Part shown: positions 15,984 through 25,000 of the stretch, one piece after another
Numbering within the stretch: the first letter of the stretch is position 1
How the letters are laid out: every line of letters begins with the position of its first letter
Origin: Candidatus Saccharimonadota bacterium
GTDB lineage: Archaea > Micrarchaeota > Micrarchaeia > Micrarchaeales > Micrarchaeaceae
Assembly (NCBI RefSeq): GCF_002214165.1
Contig: NZ_CP019964.1
Span: 840,001-872,000, forward strand
DNA length: 32,000 bases
Direction of reading: 5' to 3'
The notes under the pieces: generated by a model
The model's input: only the letters and a program-made list of their open reading frames with translations
What the model was told of the DNA's origin: nothing
Databases searched by the model: none
Translations under genes and position numbers: made by a program

Positions 15984-16856
15984 TTATACATAAACTTGGA
16001 ATACTGCTGCTATCAGGTATATCAATATTGCCGCACTCATCGCTATAAGGCTTATATTGCGGGTATTGGTAAACTCATTTTCGGATATCCTCTCTTTCAA
16101 GTATACTGCTGATACATACATTAGTGTTATGTCTACGCATAGTATAGGTATCAAATAGACGATATTCATGTAAAATGGCTTTTTAATCCAAAACATCGCT
16201 ATGCTTATCGCTACTGCAGATACATAAAGCGCACTTGCGACAACCGCTGACATCCTGCCTCCTATATAGTATACCAAGTTCTTGGAGTGCCTTTCCTTTA
16301 TATCACCAATTTTATCCCTTATCATTCCATGTATCTCCCTGGCTACTCCGCTCAAAAGTATTACGAGGGTAATCAATAGGATGTTCAGGTTCATTGACGT
16401 TGACATTATGTAATTTCCGTATATGAATGGTATTGCCATTGCAAACGCTATGTATATGTTTCCTATAAGCAATGTCTCCTTAAGCCTGTAGCTGTAGAAG
16501 AAAGCAAGGACCGCGAATATTACAGATATTATGAAGGCGTATATGTTGATCAGGGCACTGAAGGCAACCCCTATCACAAAAAGTGCGATTGAGAGGTTGA
16601 ATGCAGCCTTTGGAAGTATCGCCCCGGATACTAGAGGCCTCTTCAGCTTGCCATTCTTCTTGTCAACCTTTACATCAAAATAATCATTTATCGAAAATGA
16701 CGCCATTCCTATAAGTATTGGTGGTATGAGTGCAATTATGAATATAGGCCAGCTTGGCAGCTTCCCTGCGGTTATCAGCTCTGCCGCTACCACTGCTATA
16801 GCGAGCATCAGGCTGTGCTCTGCCCTTGTCAATTTTATATAATCTTTTAATGCCAT
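15984..16856 (-). CDS. UbiA family prenyltransferase, probably digeranylgeranylglyceryl phosphate synthase
   Basis: Polytopic membrane protein with the first Asp-rich motif NDYFDVKVDKKNGKLKRPLVSGAI. The ATG at 16856 is preferred over the TTG at 16871. Substrate assignment is inference only. Confidence 0.65.
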   Translation of the reverse strand: MALKDYIKLTRAEHSLMLAIAVVAAELITAGKLPSWPIFIIALIPPILIGMASFSINDYFDVKVDKKNGKLKRPLVSGAILPKAAFNLSIALFVIGVAFSALINIYAFIISVIFAVLAFFYSYRLKETLLIGNIYIAFAMAIPFIYGNYIMSTSMNLNILLITLVILLSGVAREIHGMIRDKIGDIKERHSKNLVYYIGGRMSAVVASALYVSAVAISIAMFWIKKPFYMNIVYLIPILCVDITLMYVSAVYLKERISENEFTNTRNISLIAMSAAILIYLIAAVFQVYV

Positions 16857-17021
16857 GCAGTTACCTTGCAATTTGGTAATTATAATTGAATAATTATTTA
16901 TTATAATTTTAGCATTTTACACAAGCTGTAAATTATTGATTGGATAAAGTATTCTTAGGCATTATTATATATAGCTGTTTATTGTTAGAGATATTGCTTA
17001 ACAGTTGTAAAGGTGTTTTAG

Positions 17022-18038
17022 ATGAAAGGAGTAAATAAGAAAAATCTCAGCGAGGATGCTGTAAAATATGAAGTAAATAAGAAGGATAGGAGCAAGATTG
17101 CTAAACAGCTTCTGGAAATTGAAGTAAAAGATATAAGGCTGAAGAAGGACATGAAAGTCTCCGAACTGATAAGCCAGATGGATTACATAGGAGGATTTTC
17201 GGCCCAGCACATGGTCAACGGCATACATATATTGTCCAATATGTTCAATGACAAGAAGTGCTACAAGTTCCTGTCATTTCCTGCGGATTTGGTCTCCACT
17301 GGGTTGAGAGGTGTCCTTGTGAGCATGGTAAAGCATTTCGATGCAATAATAACAACCGGAGGTACGCTTGACCATGATTTGGCAAGAGCTTATGGAGGAA
17401 GATACTCCCTTGGTACCTTCAACACTGACGATGCAATGATGCATGAGCTCGGAATCTACAGGGAAGGTAATGTATTCATAAAAAATGAGGAATATGGACA
17501 GCGCGTTGAAGATGCATTCAACGAGATAATGAATGATATCTACACATCAAAAGATTACAAGAAGGAGTACAGCCCCAGCGAACTTATATACGAATTTGGG
17601 AAGAGGATGAAAGATGAGAAATCGATCATGAGGCAGGCGTACCTGCACAATGTCAAAATATTCAACCCCGGCATAGTGGACGGGGCATTCGGGACGCAGC
17701 TGACACTGTTTTCACAGGATCATGACTTCAAGCTAAATGTGCTAAAAGACGAACTTGAGCTGAGCAATATCGCATTTGACAATAGTGTAACAGGGGCACT
17801 TATGATAGGAGGAGGCATAAGCAAGCACCATGTTATATGGTGGAATCAGTTCAAGGACGGGCTTGATTACGCTGTCTATATAACAACTGCAACGCAATTC
17901 GATGGCAGCCTTTCTGGGGCAAGGCTTTCTGAAGCGGTTTCATGGGGTAAGATACGCGAAAAGGCGCAGTATATGACAATTGATGGAGATGCCACAATAC
18001 TGCTGCCATTCATGATGTCTGCCTTGAACATCGAGTAA
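17022..18038 (+). CDS. dys: deoxyhypusine synthase
   Basis: 338 aa. Segments TTGGTLDHDL, PGIVDGAFG, and MIGGGISKHH with the catalytic Lys region are typical of DHS. Confidence 0.85.
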   Translation: MKGVNKKNLSEDAVKYEVNKKDRSKIAKQLLEIEVKDIRLKKDMKVSELISQMDYIGGFSAQHMVNGIHILSNMFNDKKCYKFLSFPADLVSTGLRGVLVSMVKHFDAIITTGGTLDHDLARAYGGRYSLGTFNTDDAMMHELGIYREGNVFIKNEEYGQRVEDAFNEIMNDIYTSKDYKKEYSPSELIYEFGKRMKDEKSIMRQAYLHNVKIFNPGIVDGAFGTQLTLFSQDHDFKLNVLKDELELSNIAFDNSVTGALMIGGGISKHHVIWWNQFKDGLDYAVYITTATQFDGSLSGARLSEAVSWGKIREKAQYMTIDGDATILLPFMMSALNIE

Positions 18039-18128
18039 TCCAGCAAAAGTTTTCTTTTATCTTTTGTTTATAGAGGTAAATTCCACTGAAATAAAAGTGT
18101 AAATATCTATATTGATTTATATTATTGT

Positions 18129-18437
18129 ATGAAAACAATTAAATTGTATGAATTTGTATCTACTTATCCCTCCTACCGATTATCGGCTGATAAATTATTT
18201 GATTTTATAAAAAATAATAGTGATGACAAAATAATAGTTGACTTTTCAAATGTAGAGGGGGTTACCCACTCATTTGCATCACAGTATAGGATAGATAAAA
18301 AGTACTGTAGTAAGGACGTTAAAGAGATTAATATGGGAGACAACGTGAAAAAAATGTTTAAATCGTTGAACAATAAAAAAACGGATGGACAGGGTTATGT
18401 AGAAATACAGGATTTTAACCCTAGATTTAACTTGTAA
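18129..18437 (+). CDS. STAS-like DUF4325 domain protein
   Basis: 102 aa. KIIVDFSNVEGVTHSFASQY matches the V-x-LDF-x-GV-x-x-IS-SFADE core of DUF4325 as I remember it. Very low GC. Confidence 0.6.
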   Translation: MKTIKLYEFVSTYPSYRLSADKLFDFIKNNSDDKIIVDFSNVEGVTHSFASQYRIDKKYCSKDVKEINMGDNVKKMFKSLNNKKTDGQGYVEIQDFNPRFNL

Positions 18438-19202
18438 TATCGTAGAGGTTTATTTTATCAATCTCTCTTCTGCTTTTTAATAAAAGGCCTATAAATGTGC
18501 CCTTTATTTTGTAATTATCCTCTAGTTTATAAAGTTTGGGTTGATTATCGTAAAAATAATAGATGGCCGCTCCAGAAATTATGATTAATTTATTATCTGA
18601 AGTATTTTCCGTCAGCCTTTTAAGAGAACTTAATCCATAACCCCGCTCGCCATCACTGCCTCCTTTTGTTGATCCTCCGGCAAACGCTCTTTTTATAGCC
18701 TCATAATCCTCGGATATATTAAATTTGCTCCTAATTTTATTTGGTATCCCTATACCGTCATCGTAAATACATATCCCTAAACCCCTCCCTTGTAATATTG
18801 TGCTAAAGTGTAGTTATTGATTGCTTCTGAGTGTTCTAGAATGTTATCTATTAATTCTCCAATTATGAATTTTATAAGATTTTTATTTATTATATTATAT
18901 CTAGATAAAAGGAGGTTTTCAAATATCCAAATTTTTTCTTTTTCTTAGTCTTAGTTTATACTTGTTACAGGCAAATAAGATCTATTATTTGGATTGGGCT
19001 TATTGTAAGTTTTAATCATTATATCAATATAATTTCTAGTGGGGGGATTATCAGGAGGTATATATTCATTATTCCTTAAGTAATCGAATAACAGCAGTAT
19101 AAGCATAGGATCGATAAAAGTTAGCTTGGATAAATCCAATTTTTCATCAGTTTTTTTATTTATCAGATTTAAGTACAATGAATAAGTTTCTAAAAATTCC
19201 AT
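18427..19202 (-). pseudogene. GHKL (histidine kinase-like) ATPase, disrupted by two in-frame TAA codons and one frameshift
   Basis: My minus-strand translation gives three pieces. Piece 1: MEFLETY...LDLSKLTFIDPMLILLLFDYL...VTSIN, then TAA, D, TAA. Piece 2: EKEKIWIF...IGELIDNILEHSEAINNYTLAQYYKG (N box), then a frameshift in GGGAGGGG. Piece 3: RGLGICIYDDGIGIP (G1 box)...GGSTKGGSDGERGYGLSSL (G2 box)...YDITS, stop at 18427-18429. Confidence 0.6.
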
Positions 19203-19208
19203 ATCATA

Positions 19209-19320
19209 TTTGTATTTTGAAGGATTTTTATTTTTATTGATAATTTTAGGGCACTTGAATAGTTTATAGCTATCTTTTGTATTTTGAAGCGCTCAAAAAG
19301 CAGTTCTCTTTTTGAAGGAT
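19209..19320. repeat. three dispersed direct copies of a TTTTGAAG-containing motif
   Basis: TTTGTATTTTGAAGGA at 19209-19224, TTTGTATTTTGAAG at 19276-19289, TTTTTGAAGGAT at 19309-19320. They lie in the spacer between the beta-CASP stop and the GHKL pseudogene start. Confidence 0.6.
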
Positions 19321-19323
19321 CTC

Positions 19324-20589
19324 TCAATCCTTCAATTCGATCTTATCTCCGACTTTTGGTGCATACGCTTCAAATCCTTCACCGCGCAATGTCTCTGCAA
19401 AGAGTTTTGTATTCTCTTCGCTTCCATGCACGCAGACCACTACATTGGGTGCGCTTTCCCTTACATAATTGTAAAGGTCGGTCTTGCCGCTGTGTGCTGA
19501 GAAATCATATACGGATACAGGCGTTGATATGTCTTTGAGCTCTCCGTCAAGGATTATCTTCTTCTGGTCTATAAGCATCCTTCCATTGGTTCCTTCAACC
19601 TGGTATCCTGTGAGGAATATCTTTGATTTCTTGTTAAGGTGCTGTATATAATTTAATACAGGACCTCCTGTGAGCATGCCTGCCGTTGTGAGTATTACAG
19701 AGGGTGTTGAAAGAGCCTCATTCCTGTCCTTCGCTTCCTCTATCCAGCTTGACTTCGCTATTGCCTTGTCCAATAGTGCAGCATCCTTTATCCTTTCTTC
19801 ACCTTCTGTGACAAGGTGTGTTGCTTTCCTTATCATGCCATCTACGTATGTCACATCTGCAAGCCCGTTCTTGTAAAGCATCGTGAGCAGCTCCTGCCCT
19901 CTTCCAACTGCGAATGCAGGGACCAATGCTGTTCCGCCACTTTCTATTGTCTCCTTTACCTCCGCTATAAACTTGCTTATCAGTTCCTCCCTGTCTGGAT
20001 GGTCCCTATTGGCATATGTAGACTCTATTATCAAGACATCGCTTTTTACCATCTCTGCCCCGTAATGAAGCAGCTGGGGCTGAAGCTTGAAATCTCCAGT
20101 GTATACGATCTTGTTGTATGACTTTGCCTTTGGCCTCTCTATCTCTGATATTGCGCTGCCGCTTATGTGGCCTGCATCGTAGAACTTCAGTTTCCAGGGG
20201 TTGATATCTATTTTCCTGTGGTATGGGAGGTTAACGTAGTTGTTTGACATCTTTCCCAAATCTTTCTTTGAGAATATTGGCATTGTATGCTCCTTTTTGG
20301 CTATTTTTATCGTATCCTCAAGCAGCAGGTCTATCAAAGACAGTGTTGATGAGGTACCATAAGTTGGCACTCTTTTGTTCCTATAGTATGTTGGTACAGC
20401 CCCGCTGTGATCCAAATGGGCATGGCTCAATACGATTCCATCCACGTTTGGCATGGCAACAGGAAGCTCGGGAACATTGTTCTCCAGCTTTACACCATAA
20501 TCAAGCATTAGCTTCTTTTCTCCTTCGATCATTATTGCAGATCTGCCGACTTCTTGTCCGGCTCCTAATATTCTTATATTCATGTTCAC
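19324..20589 (-). CDS. beta-CASP family metallo-beta-lactamase ribonuclease (aCPSF2-like size class)
   Basis: 421 aa. HAHLDHSGAVP is the HxHxDH motif. TGDFK, the beta-CASP region, and the C-terminal FSAHSG and VHGSE motifs are present. No N-terminal KH domains. Confidence 0.8.
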   Translation of the reverse strand: MNMNIRILGAGQEVGRSAIMIEGEKKLMLDYGVKLENNVPELPVAMPNVDGIVLSHAHLDHSGAVPTYYRNKRVPTYGTSSTLSLIDLLLEDTIKIAKKEHTMPIFSKKDLGKMSNNYVNLPYHRKIDINPWKLKFYDAGHISGSAISEIERPKAKSYNKIVYTGDFKLQPQLLHYGAEMVKSDVLIIESTYANRDHPDREELISKFIAEVKETIESGGTALVPAFAVGRGQELLTMLYKNGLADVTYVDGMIRKATHLVTEGEERIKDAALLDKAIAKSSWIEEAKDRNEALSTPSVILTTAGMLTGGPVLNYIQHLNKKSKIFLTGYQVEGTNGRMLIDQKKIILDGELKDISTPVSVYDFSAHSGKTDLYNYVRESAPNVVVCVHGSEENTKLFAETLRGEGFEAYAPKVGDKIELKD

Positions 20590-20722
20590 ATCTTTGTTTT
20601 TAATTAAATGTATAATGATAATTGATTGTAAATTGGTAATTATTGAAGTGATATATTTTTATAATAAATTATTTTTTTAATTATTTTCACAAAAGCAGAA
20701 TCAGAAGATTTCCTTAATCATA

Positions 20723-21187
20723 TTAACCCATCCAGATAGAGTAGTCCTTTGTTTTCTCCTTTGGCTTTTTCCTCATTACTTTAGGATGGACAGATAATAA
20801 TTTAGAGTTCCCTTCATTAATTGATAGGTCCAATTTTGATATGACTTCTGAAGTATTCCTCCTTGCATTTTTTAAATCTTTAACTAATTCACTTTTGCCA
20901 TAATCGTTATCAAATCTTAATTTATTGGTTATAGTTCCATAGGAATTATAGATTGAGTCTTCACTCTTTTTTATAATCTCTGATTTCACCAATTCCAGTG
21001 GGTCATCGACTCCTGTAATATGTATCAACTTTTCATTCAATCCGACAAGCTCTTCGCTAGAATTATAGAATTTTTCCAAATCCTCCTTCATATAGGTGTT
21101 TATCCTTAAAATAGTAGCTTCTTTTTTGGTGTTTTTGCTAGTATGAAGATATTTCCTAAAATCGGAATCTGAATCAATCGACATCAT
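20723..21187 (-). CDS. hypothetical protein
   Basis: 154-aa ORF, low GC (about 25% in a hand-counted line), basic C-terminus (KVMRKKPKEKTK). No family recognised. Confidence 0.45.
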   Translation of the reverse strand: MMSIDSDSDFRKYLHTSKNTKKEATILRINTYMKEDLEKFYNSSEELVGLNEKLIHITGVDDPLELVKSEIIKKSEDSIYNSYGTITNKLRFDNDYGKSELVKDLKNARRNTSEVISKLDLSINEGNSKLLSVHPKVMRKKPKEKTKDYSIWMG

Positions 21188-21338
21188 TGATAATTAATTG
21201 GCTGCTTTAATATTTATATTTTTCTATATAATGCAGCAAAACCCCTCACTTTGCTATTGCAGCTTTGGGATTTTGACGATTTTCTGATTTAGGATTAAAT
21301 AGTTTGTCATTACATAAATAGTATATATAGGTGTTTTG

Positions 21339-22232
21339 ATGGTAGATGAAATCAATTTCTCTGATCTTTTGGCTTTGAAAAAAATTTCCGCTGATACGAT
21401 AGTTGAAAAATTTGGGTCGACTATTAATTCATCGTTTTTTGATGCTGCAAATATATTGGGCTCACTTAAGATAAAAGGGTTGGTTGATTACGGGACTAAT
21501 ACCCCGGGCCAGAATGTGATAAGCATAACCGATGTTGGAAACAAGCTGCTTGGCGATGCCGATATCAGAAGCAAAGAGAGTATCGACAATCTTGATATGG
21601 AGATAATACACCAGCTTGGCGCGGGGAAGAGGGAACTTTCAGATGTAAGCAATTCCATAAACGTAAGCCAGACCGACCTTGCCATGCACTTAAACAAGCT
21701 TTTGGTGAATGGATATGCAGATGCCTCTTTCAGGAATGGTGTTGTAAATATAAATTTGACGGATAAAGGATTCAATTTGGAGAAAGAGCCTCCCGCAAGC
21801 AATGAAGAGAAGAATAATGTACCTTCCAGTGAACCGGCACCGGAAGCGAAGGAAGGGGAATTAATGGTTGAGCCGGAGGATGATTCAGCCAAATATGTGG
21901 CGGAAGCTGAAAATGCTCAGGCGCCGGAAGAAGTACCTAAGAGAGAAGAACAACAGCCTTCAGTTCCAAACTCCACCCCGCAAGCTGCAGTTAATGCAAG
22001 CGGAGTTTCCGCTCCCGTAGCAACTGCAAATCCTGGGACAGGGAAGGAGGAAGTAAAGGAGATGGATGATTTGAAGAGCATTAATGGAAAATTGCAGTCT
22101 AATGACGAAGAGATAGAGACTGAACTAAAATCGCATTTGACCAAGAAGAGCAAAAAACCTGCAGTAGCCATAGCTGTAGTTGTAATATTGATAATAATTG
22201 TGGTAGTGCTTAAGGTTAAAGGTGTGATATGA
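21339..22232 (+). CDS. tail-anchored membrane protein with two tandem winged-helix-like domains and an acidic/Pro-rich linker
   Basis: Internal duplication: STINSS...LGSLKIKGLVDY...VISITDVGNKL versus NSINVS...LNKLLVNGYADA...VNINLTDKGFNL. The linker is EPPASNEEKNNVPSSEPAPEAKEGE... A single TM segment sits at the extreme C-terminus (AVAIAVVVILIIIVVVL). ATG at 21339; the track uses the TTG at 21336. Confidence 0.6.
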   Translation: MVDEINFSDLLALKKISADTIVEKFGSTINSSFFDAANILGSLKIKGLVDYGTNTPGQNVISITDVGNKLLGDADIRSKESIDNLDMEIIHQLGAGKRELSDVSNSINVSQTDLAMHLNKLLVNGYADASFRNGVVNINLTDKGFNLEKEPPASNEEKNNVPSSEPAPEAKEGELMVEPEDDSAKYVAEAENAQAPEEVPKREEQQPSVPNSTPQAAVNASGVSAPVATANPGTGKEEVKEMDDLKSINGKLQSNDEEIETELKSHLTKKSKKPAVAIAVVVILIIIVVVLKVKGVI

Positions 22233-22867
22233 TGGAAGAGAACAACAAAATGATGGACTTCATGGAGGCAGTGCAGCTGCTCAAAAAGTACAATATCAAT
22301 GTGGTTGGATCGAAATACGTGGAAAGCGCAGATGACGCGGTAAGCTTTTCGAACGGCGATCCGATAGTGATGAAGGTGCTTTCGGATAAGGCTTTGCACA
22401 AGACAAAGAGTGGTGTGGTAAAGCTTGATCTGTCAAAGCCTGAAGATATAAAGGCCGCTTATGATGATCTTTACAGCAAGGCACAGGAGCTCAAGCCTTA
22501 CAAGATACTTGCCCAAAAGATGATAAAAGGAGGCACCGAGATAATCATAGGAGGGAATACCGATCCTCAATTTGGCAAGGCGGTGCTGCTTGGATTCGGA
22601 GGCATATACGTGGAAACCTTTAAGGATGTATCGCTTAGAGTGTGCCCCCTAACGGATTATGATGCTTACAGCATGATAGATTCGTTGAAATCGAAGAACA
22701 TCATTGCGCCTGACAAAGAGTCAAGGGATATGGTAAAGGGTTTGATCATAAACGTCTCAAAGATGCTGATGGAAAACCAAAACATCTCCGAACTTGACCT
22801 TAACCCAATAATATTGCATGATGGAACTTATGATGCGGTTGACCTGAGATTTATACTTGGTGAGTGA
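22229..22867 (+). CDS. acdB: ADP-forming acetyl-CoA synthetase, beta subunit (ATP-grasp domain)
   Basis: 212 aa. The N-terminus EAVQLLKKYNINVVGSKYVESADDAV...PIVMKVLSDKALHKTKSGVVKLDL is typical of the ACD ATP-grasp module. The ATG overlaps the upstream stop (ATGA). A start at 22250 is also possible. Confidence 0.8.
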   Translation: MMEENNKMMDFMEAVQLLKKYNINVVGSKYVESADDAVSFSNGDPIVMKVLSDKALHKTKSGVVKLDLSKPEDIKAAYDDLYSKAQELKPYKILAQKMIKGGTEIIIGGNTDPQFGKAVLLGFGGIYVETFKDVSLRVCPLTDYDAYSMIDSLKSKNIIAPDKESRDMVKGLIINVSKMLMENQNISELDLNPIILHDGTYDAVDLRFILGE

Positions 22868-22868
22868 T

Positions 22869-24263
22869 ATGGAAAATGAGATGTCTAAAAGCATAGGTAT
22901 TATGATGAATCCAAAGAGCGTTGCGATAATAGGCGCTTCGCCCGATCCTGATAAGGTAGGTTATTCAATATTGAAGAATTATCTTGATCTGAAATACAAG
23001 GGAAAGCTTTATCCGATAAACTTAAAAGAGGATTCGATATTGGGCTTGAAAGCTTACAAGAGCATACTGGACGTTCCGGAACAGGTTGACACTGCAGTGA
23101 TAGCAGTGCCTGCTCCTATTACGCCTAATGTATTGGACGAATGCGGAAGGGCAAAGGTGAAAAGCGTTGTGGTTGTCACAGCTGGATATGCTGAAGTAGG
23201 CAATTCAGAGCTTGAAGAGAAATTGGTAAGCACCGCAAAGAAATACAACCTTCCTGTTCTTGGACCGAACTGTGTCGGAGTTATGGATTTGAGGACGGGA
23301 GTAGACACTTTGTTCCTGCCTTCCTACAAGTTTGACAGGCCTGAAGCTGGAAGCCTTGGATTTGTGTCACAGAGTGGGTCTGTTGCAGGGACAATACTTG
23401 ACTTGATAGGTGGAGAAAGCATAGGCCTTTCAAAATTCGTCTCTTATGGAAATGCTTCTGTGATAGATGAAACCGATATCCTAAATTACTTGGCTGATGA
23501 CGATGACACAAACGTCCTGATAGTCTACTTGGAGGGCGCTAAGAAGTCCAAGGATTTCATAGATGTGGCAAAGAGGATAGGAAAGAAGAAGCCTGTAATA
23601 ATAGCAAAGGGTGGCGCAACAGCTGCAGGGTCAAAGGCAGCACATTCGCATACAGCATCTATGGCGGGGAATTACCAGATCTACGAAGCGATATTTGAGC
23701 AGGCGGGATTCATACAGTCAAACGACCTTGACGAGATGATGGGCATGGCAAAGATGTTTGACAAGCAGCCATTGCCAACTGGAAACAGGGTAGGGCTTAT
23801 AACAAACGGAGGAGGAACGGGAGTATTGGCAACCGATTCCATTTATAGAAACGGTCTTGCTCTGGCGGACCTCACGGATTCGTCAAAGGAGTACCTAAGG
23901 AAAGTCATGCCTCCAATAGTCAACATAAGGACCCCTTTGGATATAGGCGGAGACGCGGATTATGGAAGGTTCAATGAAGCGATAAAAACAGTTGTAAACG
24001 ATGACAACGTAGATATAGTCGCAATAATAGCGTTGTTCCAAACTCCGGGGGCTGACTCAAGGGTTGCACAAGCAATAGGCAATTACGCGGCAGTGTGCAA
24101 AAAGCCAATGATTGTGATAAGCGAAGGGGGCAGCTACACCGAAATGCACAAGAAGATTATAGAACAATCGGGAATACCTGTATACAGTTCGCCTGAAATG
24201 GCTGCAAAAGTGATGGCGGCCGCAGTGAAATATGCGGAATTCAGGAAGAATTCAGAGAATTGA
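22869..24263 (+). CDS. acdA: ADP-forming acetyl-CoA synthetase, alpha subunit (CoA-binding and ligase-CoA domains)
   Basis: PKSVAIIGASPDPDKVGYSILKNY is the CoA-binding Rossmann segment. SQSGSVAG is present, and GSKAAHSHTASMAGN contains the phosphohistidine loop. The ATG at 22869 lies 1 nt after the acdB stop; the track start at 22857 is TTG. Confidence 0.85.
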   Translation: MENEMSKSIGIMMNPKSVAIIGASPDPDKVGYSILKNYLDLKYKGKLYPINLKEDSILGLKAYKSILDVPEQVDTAVIAVPAPITPNVLDECGRAKVKSVVVVTAGYAEVGNSELEEKLVSTAKKYNLPVLGPNCVGVMDLRTGVDTLFLPSYKFDRPEAGSLGFVSQSGSVAGTILDLIGGESIGLSKFVSYGNASVIDETDILNYLADDDDTNVLIVYLEGAKKSKDFIDVAKRIGKKKPVIIAKGGATAAGSKAAHSHTASMAGNYQIYEAIFEQAGFIQSNDLDEMMGMAKMFDKQPLPTGNRVGLITNGGGTGVLATDSIYRNGLALADLTDSSKEYLRKVMPPIVNIRTPLDIGGDADYGRFNEAIKTVVNDDNVDIVAIIALFQTPGADSRVAQAIGNYAAVCKKPMIVISEGGSYTEMHKKIIEQSGIPVYSSPEMAAKVMAAAVKYAEFRKNSEN

Positions 24264-24264
24264 G

Positions 24265-24287
24265 TTTTCCATTTTTTTATTTTTATT
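24265..24287 (+). terminator. oligo-T tract downstream of acdA (archaeal-type termination signal)
   Basis: T7 at 24272-24278 and T5 at 24280-24284, directly after the stop codon at 24261-24263. Confidence 0.5.
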
Positions 24288-24576
24288 GGTAGAGCGCTTA
24301 CAGTGATATGGGAGAAGGTTTATTTCAGTACCATCAGGGCCTGTCTTTTTTATTTTTGATTTTGCCAAGACCCCCGATCCATGCATGTAGTTCATGAGAT
24401 AAAGGAAATGATAATATCCTCTTGATGCCAGGCCAACCATTTAGATAGGGAACCAGTTTTAGTGTTTGCTTTCAGTGAACCTGCATTTAAGAGTTGAACT
24501 TCATAATATGCAGGGATATTATACAAAGAGTTAAATATTTTACATGGAAAACAGATATTTATATTTACTTTATTCT

Positions 24577-24583
24577 AAGGAGG
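24577..24583 (+). promoter_or_regulatory. Shine-Dalgarno-like AAGGAGG
   Basis: Lies 4 nt upstream of the S19e ATG at 24588. Confidence 0.5.
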
Positions 24584-24587
24584 TATT

Positions 24588-24995
24588 ATGACGAATTTAT
24601 ATGATGTTAAGCCGGGAGAACTGGTAAAAGTAGCTTCAGCCAAACTTAAGGACAAGATAAGCAAGCCAGATTACATTAATTTTGTCAAGAGCGGTGCCGG
24701 AAGGGAAAGGCCCCCATCGGACCCTGACTTCTGGTATATCAGGGCTGCATCCATACTTAGGCAGGTTTACATTAACGGACCTATAGGAGTATCAAGGCTA
24801 AGGACGAAGTATGGAAATGCAAAATCCCATACAGTACACAGAAAACACAGCGTAAGGGCCAGTGGAAGCATAATAAGAGATCTTTTGCAGGAGCTTGAAA
24901 AAGCGAAACTTGTAAAGAACACCCCTGCAGGAAGGGTTATAACCCCCGAAGGAGCTTCATTCATGGACAAGCTTAGTGGAGAGATAAAGAAGTGA
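24588..24995 (+). CDS. rps19e: 30S ribosomal protein eS19 (S19e)
   Basis: FVKSGAGRERPPSDPDFWYIRAASILRQVYINGPIGVSRLRTKYG and ASGSIIRDLLQELEKAKLV are classic S19e segments. Confidence 0.9.
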   Translation: MTNLYDVKPGELVKVASAKLKDKISKPDYINFVKSGAGRERPPSDPDFWYIRAASILRQVYINGPIGVSRLRTKYGNAKSHTVHRKHSVRASGSIIRDLLQELEKAKLVKNTPAGRVITPEGASFMDKLSGEIKK

Positions 24996-25000
24996 ATTAG

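Noticed and set aside
24252-24440. A 62-aa minus-strand ORF in the acdA/S19e spacer
   Set aside because: It has no start context, its sequence is not protein-like, and it overlaps the oligo-T terminator region. It is probably non-coding.
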